IMG/VR virus record: IMGVR_UViG_2791355311_000001
Span: 20,471-84,470 of that record
DNA: 64,000 bases
Strand: one strand, 5' to 3'
DNA from: a virus
Lineage: Duplodnaviria; Caudoviricetes
Shown here: one piece after another, positions 10,686 to 19,623 of the stretch
Layout: every line of letters begins with the position of its first letter
How positions within the stretch are numbered: position 1 is the stretch's first letter
Program-made: the position numbers and the translations under genes
The notes under the pieces: model-generated
Database searches by the model: none
Told to the model about the DNA's origin: nothing
Seen by the model: the letters and a program-made list of their open reading frames with translations, nothing else

Positions 10686-10790
10686 AGATATCGTAAAAGA
10701 TAAACTTATAGTTTTAGCAAAGATGTTGTTAGTTGTTGTAACTATGATTTTTATAATGGCTATACAAGCCTTAGTAAATTAAGGGGATGT

Positions 10791-10985
10791 ATGAAAACAA
10801 GTATGTATTTATATGGGGGTGAAAACTCACATCTTATATCTATAAACAATGGTGCTGATGACCGCATAGCAAAGGCAAAGATATTAATAAAAGAACTTTT
10901 AAAAGAACCGTTAAAGAGTAGAGATTTTAAAAGGATAGATGATATTTGCAAGGCTATAAAGCATTGGGAAAATTTAAAAAACTAA
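10791..10985 (+). CDS. Hypothetical phage protein
   Basis: RBS-like AAGGGG upstream, operon context. Confidence 0.55.
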   Translation: MKTSMYLYGGENSHLISINNGADDRIAKAKILIKELLKEPLKSRDFKRIDDICKAIKHWENLKN

Positions 10986-10995
10986 GGAATAAAAG

Positions 10996-11451
10996 ATGAA
11001 TATAGGTTATTTTAAAAATGTTATATATACAAACGAACAAGGGCAGGAGTTAAGTTATATAGGTGGTATTATCAATATACCTTTTGCCAGACCTTTAGAA
11101 GTTGCTTTGTTAAAAGCTAGTGCGGAAGATAAAAAAAACAATGCTAATTTACCAGATTTTAAGATAGTTTTACAAAGACCAAAAGGCTATCAAGGGCAAA
11201 GACAAATAATAGGTGCTTTATGGAAAAGACAATCGCAACGCGGTTTAGAATACATTTCAGGAAGTATCCAAAGTCCAATCTTACCCGGTGGGCAAATGTA
11301 TATAGCATTGTTTGAGCCAACACAAGATGATTCACAACTTTTATATGAAATAAGTTGGAGTGTGCCAAAGAGCAATAACACTCAAAGCAGTATACCGGAT
11401 GTAAACACAGATGATATAGCTTATGAGATTAATAACGAAATACCTTTTTAA
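10996..11451 (+). CDS. DUF736-like (SSB-like) protein
   Basis: MNIGYF, PDFKI, IGALWKR, YISGSI, ISWS and an acidic EIPF C-terminus. Confidence 0.7.
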   Translation: MNIGYFKNVIYTNEQGQELSYIGGIINIPFARPLEVALLKASAEDKKNNANLPDFKIVLQRPKGYQGQRQIIGALWKRQSQRGLEYISGSIQSPILPGGQMYIALFEPTQDDSQLLYEISWSVPKSNNTQSSIPDVNTDDIAYEINNEIPF

Positions 11452-11472
11452 AAGAAAACAAAGGGGCGAATA

Positions 11473-11685
11473 ATGAATGATTATAAAGATATATTAGTAA
11501 CGTGGTATTCACCGAAATATAACAATGGCTACAAGGTAGTTATTAGGGTAAAAGATGAGTTTTTAAAGGAAAATTACATGTATTATAAAGAACCTGATAT
11601 TCTTAAAAAATATAGGGAAGTTTTAAACGATGATAGTGCAGTTGTGCTTTTTGTAGAAGATGAAGTTTATTTTATAGAGGTGTAA
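11473..11685 (+). CDS. Hypothetical phage protein
   Basis: Operon context. Confidence 0.55.
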   Translation: MNDYKDILVTWYSPKYNNGYKVVIRVKDEFLKENYMYYKEPDILKKYREVLNDDSAVVLFVEDEVYFIEV

Positions 11686-11687
11686 AA

Positions 11688-11939
11688 ATGGAAGTAAAAG
11701 AGATATTAGAACAAAGAGAGCAAACGCATGGAACTTTTGAGGAGCAATCCTCAATCTCCCAAACTTTAAAACATACACTAGGTAAGTATAGTTACAAACT
11801 AACCCCTCAACAAAGAGAGGCTATGCAGATGATAATGCATAAACAAGCGAGGATTTTAGCAGGTGATCCAAATGTTAAAGACCATTGGGTTGATATAGCA
11901 GGTTATGCGACATTAGTAGCTAAAGAATTAAAGGAGTAA
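11688..11939 (+). CDS. DUF6378-like phage protein
   Basis: LEQREQTHG.F...K.ARI..GDP...DHW.DIAGYA; paralog at 58417-58668. Confidence 0.75.
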   Translation: MEVKEILEQREQTHGTFEEQSSISQTLKHTLGKYSYKLTPQQREAMQMIMHKQARILAGDPNVKDHWVDIAGYATLVAKELKE

Positions 11940-11941
11940 AA

Positions 11942-12397
11942 ATGCCATATGTAAACTTATATTTAGATGATGAAGTTGCTTATCAACTTTTAGAAGAATT
12001 AGAAGTAGAAGAATACCTTTCTCTACTTGAATCTAAATTACTAACAGATAATGATATAACAGCAGGAGGAGTTGTTTATTTAGCAGAGATTTTAGAAAAA
12101 ATAGACACAAGGTCAATAGGCGAACTTATTTATATGCTTAGTGATGATAGAGCAAAAGAAATAAAAGACTTTTTATCAGCATATAAAAAAATTAAAGGAG
12201 GTCAAGAGCTAAACACAAGAATACAAAGAGCGATAGAAGATTTATCACATTATTTTAACGAGTATGAAGAGTATGCGGAGTTAGATTATGAAGATTGGAA
12301 TAAAGATGATGCAGAGTTTATATTAATCAATATGTCATATTTATTAGATAAATTAAGAACTTATGTTGATGACACTTTAGATGAGTTGATGGAATAA
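11942..12397 (+). CDS. Hypothetical acidic protein
   Basis: AAGGAG RBS, 151-aa ORF. Confidence 0.6.
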   Translation: MPYVNLYLDDEVAYQLLEELEVEEYLSLLESKLLTDNDITAGGVVYLAEILEKIDTRSIGELIYMLSDDRAKEIKDFLSAYKKIKGGQELNTRIQRAIEDLSHYFNEYEEYAELDYEDWNKDDAEFILINMSYLLDKLRTYVDDTLDELME

Positions 12398-12401
12398 AAC
12401 A

Positions 12402-12905
12402 ATGACAAAAACACAATTTAACGACATAAAAGAAAAGCTACTTGAGTATTGTAAAGACAAAGGGCTAAGTATAGTAAATCAAAGAGCAGGTTATGCAGCA
12501 AACCTTAGCAAAGAGATAACCGAATATCTAAGAGCTAATAACGACGATGATAAGGTAGACGCACTTTGTGATATGATTGTGTTTACTCTAAATGCCACCT
12601 ACAAGCTTGAATATAGAACCGGAGATTCTCATTTTGATAATAAAGTGCCAGTCATAGCTTTTGCTTTTTTAAGTATGTATTGTGACAAGTTAGCAAATAT
12701 CACAGATGTAGCTTATTTTGTAGCAAACATTATAAGAAATATTGAAATAATGGGCTATGATAGCTATAAATGTATGCTTGAAACGATTAAGAAGATAAGC
12801 TCCCGCACAGGGCATTACGATGAAAAAGCAAAAAATTTATCAAAGATACTTCAGATGAAGCCAAAGCCAAATGGTACAAAGCTGATTATGCTAGTTGCAA
12901 GTTAA
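12402..12905 (+). CDS. MazG-like NTP pyrophosphatase, probably frameshifted near the C-terminus
   Basis: EITEYL...VDALCDMIVF; alternative frame from about 12836 reads FIKDTSDEAKAKWYKADYASCK. Confidence 0.6.
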   Translation: MTKTQFNDIKEKLLEYCKDKGLSIVNQRAGYAANLSKEITEYLRANNDDDKVDALCDMIVFTLNATYKLEYRTGDSHFDNKVPVIAFAFLSMYCDKLANITDVAYFVANIIRNIEIMGYDSYKCMLETIKKISSRTGHYDEKAKNLSKILQMKPKPNGTKLIMLVAS

Positions 12906-13156
12906 TGGATTAATATGAGCTATTTAAACTATGATGAATTATCAGGTTTATTCATTGCACCTGGCTTGCTAAATGATAAATATGCCAATTACCTAGTATA
13001 GGCTGAAAAAGACGACACAGGCAAGACGGTATATAGAGCAAAAAACAGATGTAACGATAAATATTTGCAAGACAGATAAAGGCTTTGAGGCTAAAAAAGT
13101 TTTTTTATATGAAGCCTTTTATAACTATATAAAAGCAACATAAGAAAGGAATACAA

Positions 13157-13333
13157 ATGAACGATGAACTATTAACGGCAAAAGAAGTTATGCAACTTTT
13201 AAAGATAAGTGCAACAACTTTATGGAAGTATGTAAAAGCAGGGAAGATAAACAAACACTCTTTGACAAAAAGAACTATAAGATATTCTAAAAATGAGATA
13301 CTACAACTTGTTAAATCTCAAACAGTGGCTTAA
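13157..13333 (+). CDS. Excisionase / AlpA-like HTH protein (58 aa)
   Basis: Not in the ORF track. MNDELLTAKEVMQLLKISATTLWKYVKAGKI...TIRY, AAAGGA RBS, converges on the integrase. Confidence 0.8.
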   Translation: MNDELLTAKEVMQLLKISATTLWKYVKAGKINKHSLTKRTIRYSKNEILQLVKSQTVA

Positions 13334-14529
13334 GAAATTAAGCCACTTAAATAATCACCCCACCATTGCATTAAAACTCTCATCTGTTTTAAATTGCTAG
13401 CCCTATTATAAGCATCTCTTATCTTGTCTTTATCAGCATGTGCCAAACATTTTTCTATTATATCTATACCACATTGATGATCATCTCTTAACTCATTTGC
13501 TAAAGTTGAAAACATCGCCCTAAAGCCGTGAGATACTATCTCATCTTTACTATAACCAAGTCTTCTTAAGGCGGCATTTAGTGTGTTATCGCTCATACAC
13601 CTATCAGCACTTCTTAAACTTGCAAATAAATAGTTGCTACTCTTGTCAGCTACCAGCCTGTAATCTTTTAACAAATCCATAGCTTGAGTAGATAAAGGCA
13701 AGATAAATTCTTGTTTCATTTTCATTTTCTCAGCCGGTATCACCCATAGCTTGTTTTTAAAATCTATCTCATTCCACTCACAAGCCCTAATGTTAAAAGG
13801 GCGGACAGCAGTATTCATTAAAAGCTTTAATGCTACCTTTGTTTTATAATCGCCATTGTATTCATCTATACTAAGTATCAAACCTCTTATGTCATTTGTC
13901 TTTGTTAGGGTAGGGTAGTTTTTTGTTTTTGCCTGTTTGAATGTATATCTAAAACTTATATCAGCTATTATATTATGCTTTGTATAGCCGTAGCTTACGG
14001 CATATTTGTATATTTGATTAAGTAGGGAGAATATTCTTTTTAATGTTTCAAGAGAGCCACTATCTTCTATTATTTTAAGCGTATTTATAATATCAACTGT
14101 GCTTATAGCGTTTATATCTCTATCGCCTAAATATTTTGATACATGTTTATTAAACACCAATAATTGTTTTTTTGCATAGCTTTGCGTGTTTGTAGCGTTT
14201 TTAATCTCTAGCCACTCAAGCCCTATTTTATTTAGAGTGTTTATCATTTTGCCTTTATGCATTAAGGGATCATTGCCCTCTTGCAAAGCTTCTAATAATT
14301 CAGCCCTTTTCTTCCTTGCATTTGCAAGAGTAAGTGTAGGATAATCACCAAGTGCTATTCTTCTAATCTTTTGAGTAACAGGACTTTTATATTCAAGTGC
14401 AAAATGCTTACGACCATTAGGCTTGATAAATAGATATAGCTTATCACCATCTGAAAGCTTATACTCTTTATCTTTTGGTTTTAAATTCTTTATCTTAGTA
14501 TCAGATAACGGAGTGCTTATCTTAGGCAT
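13330..14529 (-). CDS. int: Tyrosine integrase (P4-like, with arm-binding domain)
   Basis: LSDTKIKNLKPKDKEYKLSDGDKLYL, AVRPFNIR, KMKMK, HGFRAMFST, LAH, DAYNRA. Confidence 0.95.
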   Translation of the reverse strand: MPKISTPLSDTKIKNLKPKDKEYKLSDGDKLYLFIKPNGRKHFALEYKSPVTQKIRRIALGDYPTLTLANARKKRAELLEALQEGNDPLMHKGKMINTLNKIGLEWLEIKNATNTQSYAKKQLLVFNKHVSKYLGDRDINAISTVDIINTLKIIEDSGSLETLKRIFSLLNQIYKYAVSYGYTKHNIIADISFRYTFKQAKTKNYPTLTKTNDIRGLILSIDEYNGDYKTKVALKLLMNTAVRPFNIRACEWNEIDFKNKLWVIPAEKMKMKQEFILPLSTQAMDLLKDYRLVADKSSNYLFASLRSADRCMSDNTLNAALRRLGYSKDEIVSHGFRAMFSTLANELRDDHQCGIDIIEKCLAHADKDKIRDAYNRASNLKQMRVLMQWWGDYLSGLIS

Positions 14530-14599
14530 ACATAATCCTTTTAACGGACTTTTTTTACAAAGTCCTTTTTTAGTCCGTCAAATTATCCGTTAAAAATGT

Positions 14600-14650
14600 T
14601 TAAAACAAGTTAAAACAAGTTAAAACAAGTTAAAACAATATAAAACAATA
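14600..14650 (+). repeat. 10-bp tandem repeat in the att arm
   Basis: TTAAAACAAG x3 plus degenerate copies between int and the att core. Confidence 0.8.
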
Positions 14651-14738
14651 TAAATAAACCAACACGAACAAAAACACGATTTTATCGAACTTCGGTTAAA
14701 CAAAATAAAAGAAAATGAATAAGGGGAAAATATGTAAA

Positions 14739-14761
14739 TGGTGGAAGCGAGGGGAATCGAA
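14739..14761 (-). other. att core: duplicated 3' end of tmRNA (ssrA)
   Basis: Minus strand TTCGATTCCCCTCGCTTCCACCA (T-arm half, acceptor stem, CCA), as recalled for Campylobacter tmRNA; the rest of the gene is absent. Confidence 0.8.
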
Positions 14762-14882
14762 TTATATTAAGTAAAAGCCCATAATATCGTTATTATTTAT
14801 TTTATGTGCTTTGTTTAGTCAATAATGAAGTCAATAAAAAATATATTAGTGCGTAAAAAAGTAATACATCAAAATGTCAATT

Positions 14883-16436
14883 CTACCCCCAGCTACTACC
14901 GCCTCTTTCTCTATTTCTTGACCTTTCCCTACTTGCTCTACTTCTGCCACCGGGCTTACCATCACTCATACCACTACGGCGATTACTGCTCTTTGATGAG
15001 TCTTTATCTCTACTACTACCGCTACTTGATGCCCAACTACTTCCAAAGCTACTGCCAAATTTATCTTTGAAAGATTTGTCTATAGTCATTTCAAGACCAC
15101 TCTTATATTCACTTTTTTTAGTTTTGTCGTTTTCTCGATAAAAACCACCACTTCCGTTTGTATGCCATCTATCTCTACTCCTACTCCTCCTAGAGTTACC
15201 ACTACTTGATGCCCAATTACTGCTTAAATTATCATTAATAGCGTTAGTAAAGGGGCTATTTATTGTTGTGTTATAACCATAATTGTTAGCTATATCCTCG
15301 ACGCTCTTATTTTTAATTATACCACCATAAAGGCTACTCTTACCATTTCTAAGCCAATCGCCATCACTCCTACCTGTAGTGATTAAATTATATGCCCTCA
15401 TATCTACCAAGCTACCCTTAAATGTATTCCCTGTCATTGTGCTTGTGATTGTTCCATCAGTCCCATAAGTAGCTGACACGCGACCATCAACACCAAAGCC
15501 AGCCATATTGCCGTCCCAATCTGTAAGCATTTCTAATTTACTCTCAACTTCATCGCCAAACAACGAATTGACACTGCCAACTAAATCTTTTAAAAATTCT
15601 CCTATTGTTTTTGGCTGTTGATAAAGTGCCATTCTCTTACCATCAACTTCAGCAAAGCCCATCAACTCCCCACCAAATCCGTAGTGTCTGTCTAACTTTG
15701 TCATCACCTCAAACGCTTCTGTTACAGCCATTTTGACAATTTCAGCTACAAACATACCGCCTATAGGGGCTATACTTGTGCCTATAGCCGACATTGTTTT
15801 CTTAACGGCGACATTGGTCGCTTTTGACAACAAAGTATCTGATAAATTCTCAACAGCGTTAGCGGATAAGTTTAGTTTGCCTGTTGTAAGACCATCATAA
15901 ATAGTACCTAAAACAGTACCGCCAATTCCCGGCATTATCGTATTTCCTACATATTCTAATTTATTCTCAATAATGCCATCAAATTGCTTCTCTTTTACAA
16001 ACGCTTCAAGCGAATTTGTATAACCATTTGCTTGTAAAGTTGCCCTATCTTCACCAAATATAGCGTTATAGCCTTGCCCTTTGTTAGTAAATTGCCTTTT
16101 TAAAGGAAGTATTACATCTTTAATAACCCCCTCTATATCTTGCATTATCTCTATCGTTGTATCTATATCATCATTCATAACAGACATTTGAATACTCATT
16201 AATGCAAACTCAGCAAAATCTTCATTAAGTGATGTTATAGCACCGCTTAAATTACCACTTTTGTTTAAAAATATAGCCCTATAATCAGCCCCTGTCTCAT
16301 TAAATGCAGAATATCCAAACCCACCAGCTAATGTGCTATCCATAGCACCACCAGCCATATATGAAAATACATCACTTTCAAGCGTATTCTCTGCATTAAA
16401 TGTAGCGTTTAGACTATTTTCAAAGGCTATATACAT
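14883..16436 (-). CDS. Hypothetical virion-associated protein with an S/G/R-rich tail
   Basis: 517-aa last gene of the late operon; WASSSG occurs twice. Confidence 0.6.
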   Translation of the reverse strand: MYIAFENSLNATFNAENTLESDVFSYMAGGAMDSTLAGGFGYSAFNETGADYRAIFLNKSGNLSGAITSLNEDFAEFALMSIQMSVMNDDIDTTIEIMQDIEGVIKDVILPLKRQFTNKGQGYNAIFGEDRATLQANGYTNSLEAFVKEKQFDGIIENKLEYVGNTIMPGIGGTVLGTIYDGLTTGKLNLSANAVENLSDTLLSKATNVAVKKTMSAIGTSIAPIGGMFVAEIVKMAVTEAFEVMTKLDRHYGFGGELMGFAEVDGKRMALYQQPKTIGEFLKDLVGSVNSLFGDEVESKLEMLTDWDGNMAGFGVDGRVSATYGTDGTITSTMTGNTFKGSLVDMRAYNLITTGRSDGDWLRNGKSSLYGGIIKNKSVEDIANNYGYNTTINSPFTNAINDNLSSNWASSSGNSRRSRSRDRWHTNGSGGFYRENDKTKKSEYKSGLEMTIDKSFKDKFGSSFGSSWASSSGSSRDKDSSKSSNRRSGMSDGKPGGRSRASRERSRNRERGGSSWG

Positions 16437-16438
16437 TC

Positions 16439-17098
16439 TTAACTTCTTTTAGTCATTGTATAAGTGCTAGGTTTGTTCGGTGTTGCTCCTGCCTCAACCA
16501 ACTTGCCAACCAAATCAAACAAATATCTACTCATATCAGTCGGCACAACTAAGCCACCTTGCTGATTTCCTGTAATCAAATTCTCAATTATATTCGCACC
16601 TTTGATTAGTTTATTATCCTTAACTTGCTCTTTTATCGCTTTATGTTGTTCTTCTGCTAGTGTCTGCTCTTGTGCTAGTTTAGCTATTTGTGCATCTAGC
16701 ATTAGACCTTGTTTATGCAAATTTGCAAGTTTATCGGGGCGTTGTTCTTGTGCCTCTTCATTCTTTATTTGAGTACCTTTTGTTTGTTCTTTTATGCCCT
16801 CAATGTTTGCCGTCAAAGACTCGCCTTGCTTTTTTAAATTATCTAAATTTGTATCAAAACTAAGTGACTGATTTGCTAGCTCTATCGATATTTGCATTGC
16901 TGTTGTAGTAAATGATGTTGTCATTACGGGCAACATTTCAGCAAAAACCCTTATTCTCTCGTTTGCACTTAATTGATATTCATTAAATTTTTCCTCAAAA
17001 AATGCTATAGTCTTATTGTATGGGGAGTTTTCTTCTACACTTAAAGCCAACACTTCTTTTAAAATTTTCTTGTATTCTTCGGAATAAGTACTCATCAT
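16439..17098 (-). CDS. Coiled-coil phage protein
   Basis: Coupled ORF in the late operon. Confidence 0.65.
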   Translation of the reverse strand: MMSTYSEEYKKILKEVLALSVEENSPYNKTIAFFEEKFNEYQLSANERIRVFAEMLPVMTTSFTTTAMQISIELANQSLSFDTNLDNLKKQGESLTANIEGIKEQTKGTQIKNEEAQEQRPDKLANLHKQGLMLDAQIAKLAQEQTLAEEQHKAIKEQVKDNKLIKGANIIENLITGNQQGGLVVPTDMSRYLFDLVGKLVEAGATPNKPSTYTMTKRS

Positions 17099-17373
17099 TT
17101 ATCCTTTTCAAGTTTTCTAATTTTCAACTTTTGAATTGTTTGTTCTTGTTCTAAATTTCGCACAACACCCCTAAGCCCATTATCTTCTATGTTTGCAAGC
17201 CTAACATTTACGCTATCGTTTGCCACGCTTAGTTGTTCTATCCTTTGGTTTAGTCTATGCACTTCATTATTTAGCGCTGTTATTTGCTTTGCTTGTTGTT
17301 TTAAATTATTTATTTCATTATTTAGTGCTGTTATTTGTTCTTTTAATACTTCTATCTCATTATTTTCAGCCAT
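17095..17373 (-). CDS. Coiled-coil protein
   Basis: Internal repeat QITALNNE; overlaps both neighbours. Confidence 0.6.
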   Translation of the reverse strand: MAENNEIEVLKEQITALNNEINNLKQQAKQITALNNEVHRLNQRIEQLSVANDSVNVRLANIEDNGLRGVVRNLEQEQTIQKLKIRKLEKDK

Positions 17374-17710
17374 TTACGCGCCTTTCAAAGTGTGGGCAGT
17401 CCGTAAAGTTCTTATAGTTTCCACCCCATTTATTTATAGGGGTTAAACTTTCCCAAAAAGCTCCAATTTCTTTTAAATCATCTTTGTTGGTTAGCCAGTT
17501 ACCTTCTTTAAATATAAACAAATCAATAGCACACTTTATTAAGTGGTTTGAATTGTTTGTTTTGCTTTTTCCTGTTTTTAGATAAATTTCTTGTTGCTCT
17601 TTTGTTCTTAAAAGCTCTCCACCTCTTACACTGTATCCGTTTGTATGTATATAGTGCAAAAGCTTTTCTACATCTTTCATAAATAATTCTTGTTCTTTTC
17701 CTAAACTCAT
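17366..17710 (-). CDS. Endolysin, M15-family zinc peptidase
   Basis: RT.EQQ, SNH-x6-D, WGG...DCPHFE. Confidence 0.88.
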   Translation of the reverse strand: MSLGKEQELFMKDVEKLLHYIHTNGYSVRGGELLRTKEQQEIYLKTGKSKTNNSNHLIKCAIDLFIFKEGNWLTNKDDLKEIGAFWESLTPINKWGGNYKNFTDCPHFERRVNG

Positions 17711-17713
17711 CTT

Positions 17714-17986
17714 TTATATTTTCCTTTGAAAAAAATTAAGTGCAAATTCTTTTAAACTAACTAACATATCACTACCACTAAATGCCCCAACACCACATAT
17801 AGCAAGGCTTAGCTTTTCGTTAGTTGTAAAATAATATGCTATCTCATATACTACATATGCAGAAAAACAACCATCAATTACTCTAAAAAATATATTTCTA
17901 AGGTTATGATTTTCCGCTTTGCTCCAGCTTACAAAACTGCCTACTATTCCTACTATCAATATATAAATTATGTAAGTTTCTAACAT
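17714..17986 (-). CDS. Holin
   Basis: Three hydrophobic segments, GAFSGSD motif, directly upstream of the endolysin. Confidence 0.7.
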   Translation of the reverse strand: MLETYIIYILIVGIVGSFVSWSKAENHNLRNIFFRVIDGCFSAYVVYEIAYYFTTNEKLSLAICGVGAFSGSDMLVSLKEFALNFFQRKI

Positions 17987-17988
17987 AT

Positions 17989-18183
17989 TTATATCTTAAA
18001 TATCATTAGCCATTTTGCAGGGCTAAGAACAGCAGAGTATGTACCAACGCTTACTAGCCACGCTATAAATGTTGTGTTTTCATCTTCAAACATCACATCA
18101 AAAAAATAAAATGCCCCAATAGACACAGCTATCGAGATTATGCCACCTATAAAGAGTGCTAATACCTTTTTCATTTTACGCAC
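17989..18183 (-). CDS. Small two-TM membrane protein
   Basis: Two hydrophobic helices in the lysis cassette. Confidence 0.55.
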   Translation of the reverse strand: MRKMKKVLALFIGGIISIAVSIGAFYFFDVMFEDENTTFIAWLVSVGTYSAVLSPAKWLMIFKI

Positions 18184-18377
18184 TCCAACAGTAGAGCTTC
18201 AACTTTTAAATAATACTCCATTAGCCCCTTTGCGTCCTCAATACTCTCATATTTAGGTTTGTTTGGAATCTCTGCTATACACTTAGTAGGCACTAGCACA
18301 TCTTTATATACTATTTGTTTAGTAGCACTAGCACATCCACTAAATAGCATTAATGCTATTATTAAAATGCTTTTCAT
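18171..18377 (-). CDS. Outer-membrane lipoprotein (o-spanin-like)
   Basis: Lipobox FSGC, VLVPTKC proline-rich segment. Confidence 0.7.
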   Translation of the reverse strand: MKSILIIALMLFSGCASATKQIVYKDVLVPTKCIAEIPNKPKYESIEDAKGLMEYYLKVEALLLECVK

Positions 18378-18733
18378 CTGCTTACCTCCTTAAACAATGC
18401 TTCAAAGTAAGCTAGTTTTTTCTCGCAACTAGCATTTTTTGAAACGCTTTCAACCTTTATCTTTTTATTTAATGCTTTTTGTATATTGTGATTATCTACT
18501 TTTAACTTTTTTACAGCCTCATTTTGCTTATAAATGATCTCATCTTTTTCTCTAATTTTTACACCCAAAAGTGCATTATCAAGCTTTAAATTTGATAGCT
18601 CATTTTTAGAATTTAATAGCTCATTGTTGATTGTGTATGTCTTATAAAGAAGCATACAAAGAGTTAAGATAAGCCCGATAATAGCGTAGTTTAGTTTAGA
18701 ATTCTTAAGTAGATTAAATATTATACTTATCAT
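18374..18733 (-). CDS. i-spanin-like protein
   Basis: N-terminal TM followed by a coiled coil, upstream of the lipoprotein. Confidence 0.6.
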   Translation of the reverse strand: MISIIFNLLKNSKLNYAIIGLILTLCMLLYKTYTINNELLNSKNELSNLKLDNALLGVKIREKDEIIYKQNEAVKKLKVDNHNIQKALNKKIKVESVSKNASCEKKLAYFEALFKEVSR

Positions 18734-19098
18734 TGTCTATACTTTATTTTGTGATAAAGTCTACAGCTATAATAAAACAGTCTAGTTTTAAATTTATTCA
18801 CACCCAAAGCTAAAAGAGCTTTTAAAAGCATGTCATCAGCATATTTGAAGCTCACATTTTTGAGTGTGTCGTATTTGATAGTGCTATCAGCTACATCACA
18901 TAAATAATCATGCAAGATAGTAGCCGATAGATACTCAGGACTATTTGGTGGAAAGATAGGCCATAAAAGGCGAGGCACATTTGCACCATTGCTTTTATAC
19001 CCCTTAGGTACTTTTATACCTTCAAAGATAAAATCTTCTACAACTTCAAATCTATCTTTATTGAAAGGTTTAACTACCACACAATTAATATCCTTCAT
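18730..19098 (-). CDS. DUF1353-family phage protein
   Basis: VPKGYKSNGANVPR, A.ILHDYLC, ADDML. Confidence 0.8.
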   Translation of the reverse strand: MKDINCVVVKPFNKDRFEVVEDFIFEGIKVPKGYKSNGANVPRLLWPIFPPNSPEYLSATILHDYLCDVADSTIKYDTLKNVSFKYADDMLLKALLALGVNKFKTRLFYYSCRLYHKIKYRQ

Positions 19099-19113
19099 CT
19101 TTAGTTACTCCTT

Positions 19114-19614
19114 TTATATCTCTAATTCTGGTAAACCCTCTAAAAGTTCATCAAGGTTTATTGTGCTAGGGTCTTGATCACCTTTCTCAGCTAAAAACAT
19201 ATACCCAGTTTTCCACACTTTAGACTTCCACACACCAAAAGCTTTTCCTTCTTCTTGAAAGTCATTTTCATACCCAGCATAAGAACTGGCACTTAAAATA
19301 TTATCATATCCGTGTTCTTGTGCTTTTTTATCTAAATACTCCCCAGCTCTATCCTTAAATTCTTGTATAAGTTTTTCTTTTGTGTATTCTTGTATACTCT
19401 TTGTCTCTATGATTTGAGCTACATATTCACCATCTACCTCTTTATACTCTACCGTTTGATAATCAGGGTTAATTTGAACTTCTACAACAGGAAGCAACCC
19501 AATCTTATTTAGTTCCTCTTTACTTAGTCTATCAAGATAAAATATCCCATCATCTGTAGTTACATAACTATCAAATACAAACCTTTTTTCTTTTTTATCA
19601 AAGTATTTTTTCAT
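19114..19614 (-). CDS. Tail-fibre-associated protein (DUF4376-like)
   Basis: LD..AQE.GYDNILSA.SYA...F..EG.AF..W...VW; follows the fibre gene. Confidence 0.6.
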   Translation of the reverse strand: MKKYFDKKEKRFVFDSYVTTDDGIFYLDRLSKEELNKIGLLPVVEVQINPDYQTVEYKEVDGEYVAQIIETKSIQEYTKEKLIQEFKDRAGEYLDKKAQEHGYDNILSASSYAGYENDFQEEGKAFGVWKSKVWKTGYMFLAEKGDQDPSTINLDELLEGLPELEI

Positions 19615-19623
19615 TTTTTATCC

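Larger units (their letters stand above)
1..14761. mobile_element. Prophage A (left part outside window), bounded by a tmRNA 3'-end att copy
   Basis: Capsid, portal, repressor pair, primase-helicase, Xis and integrase next to the att-like copy at 14739-14761. Confidence 0.9.

Noticed and set aside
14600-14650. CRISPR array
   Set aside because: Contiguous 10-bp units without spacers
14739-14761. Complete tRNA or tmRNA gene
   Set aside because: Only the 3'-terminal 23 nt are present
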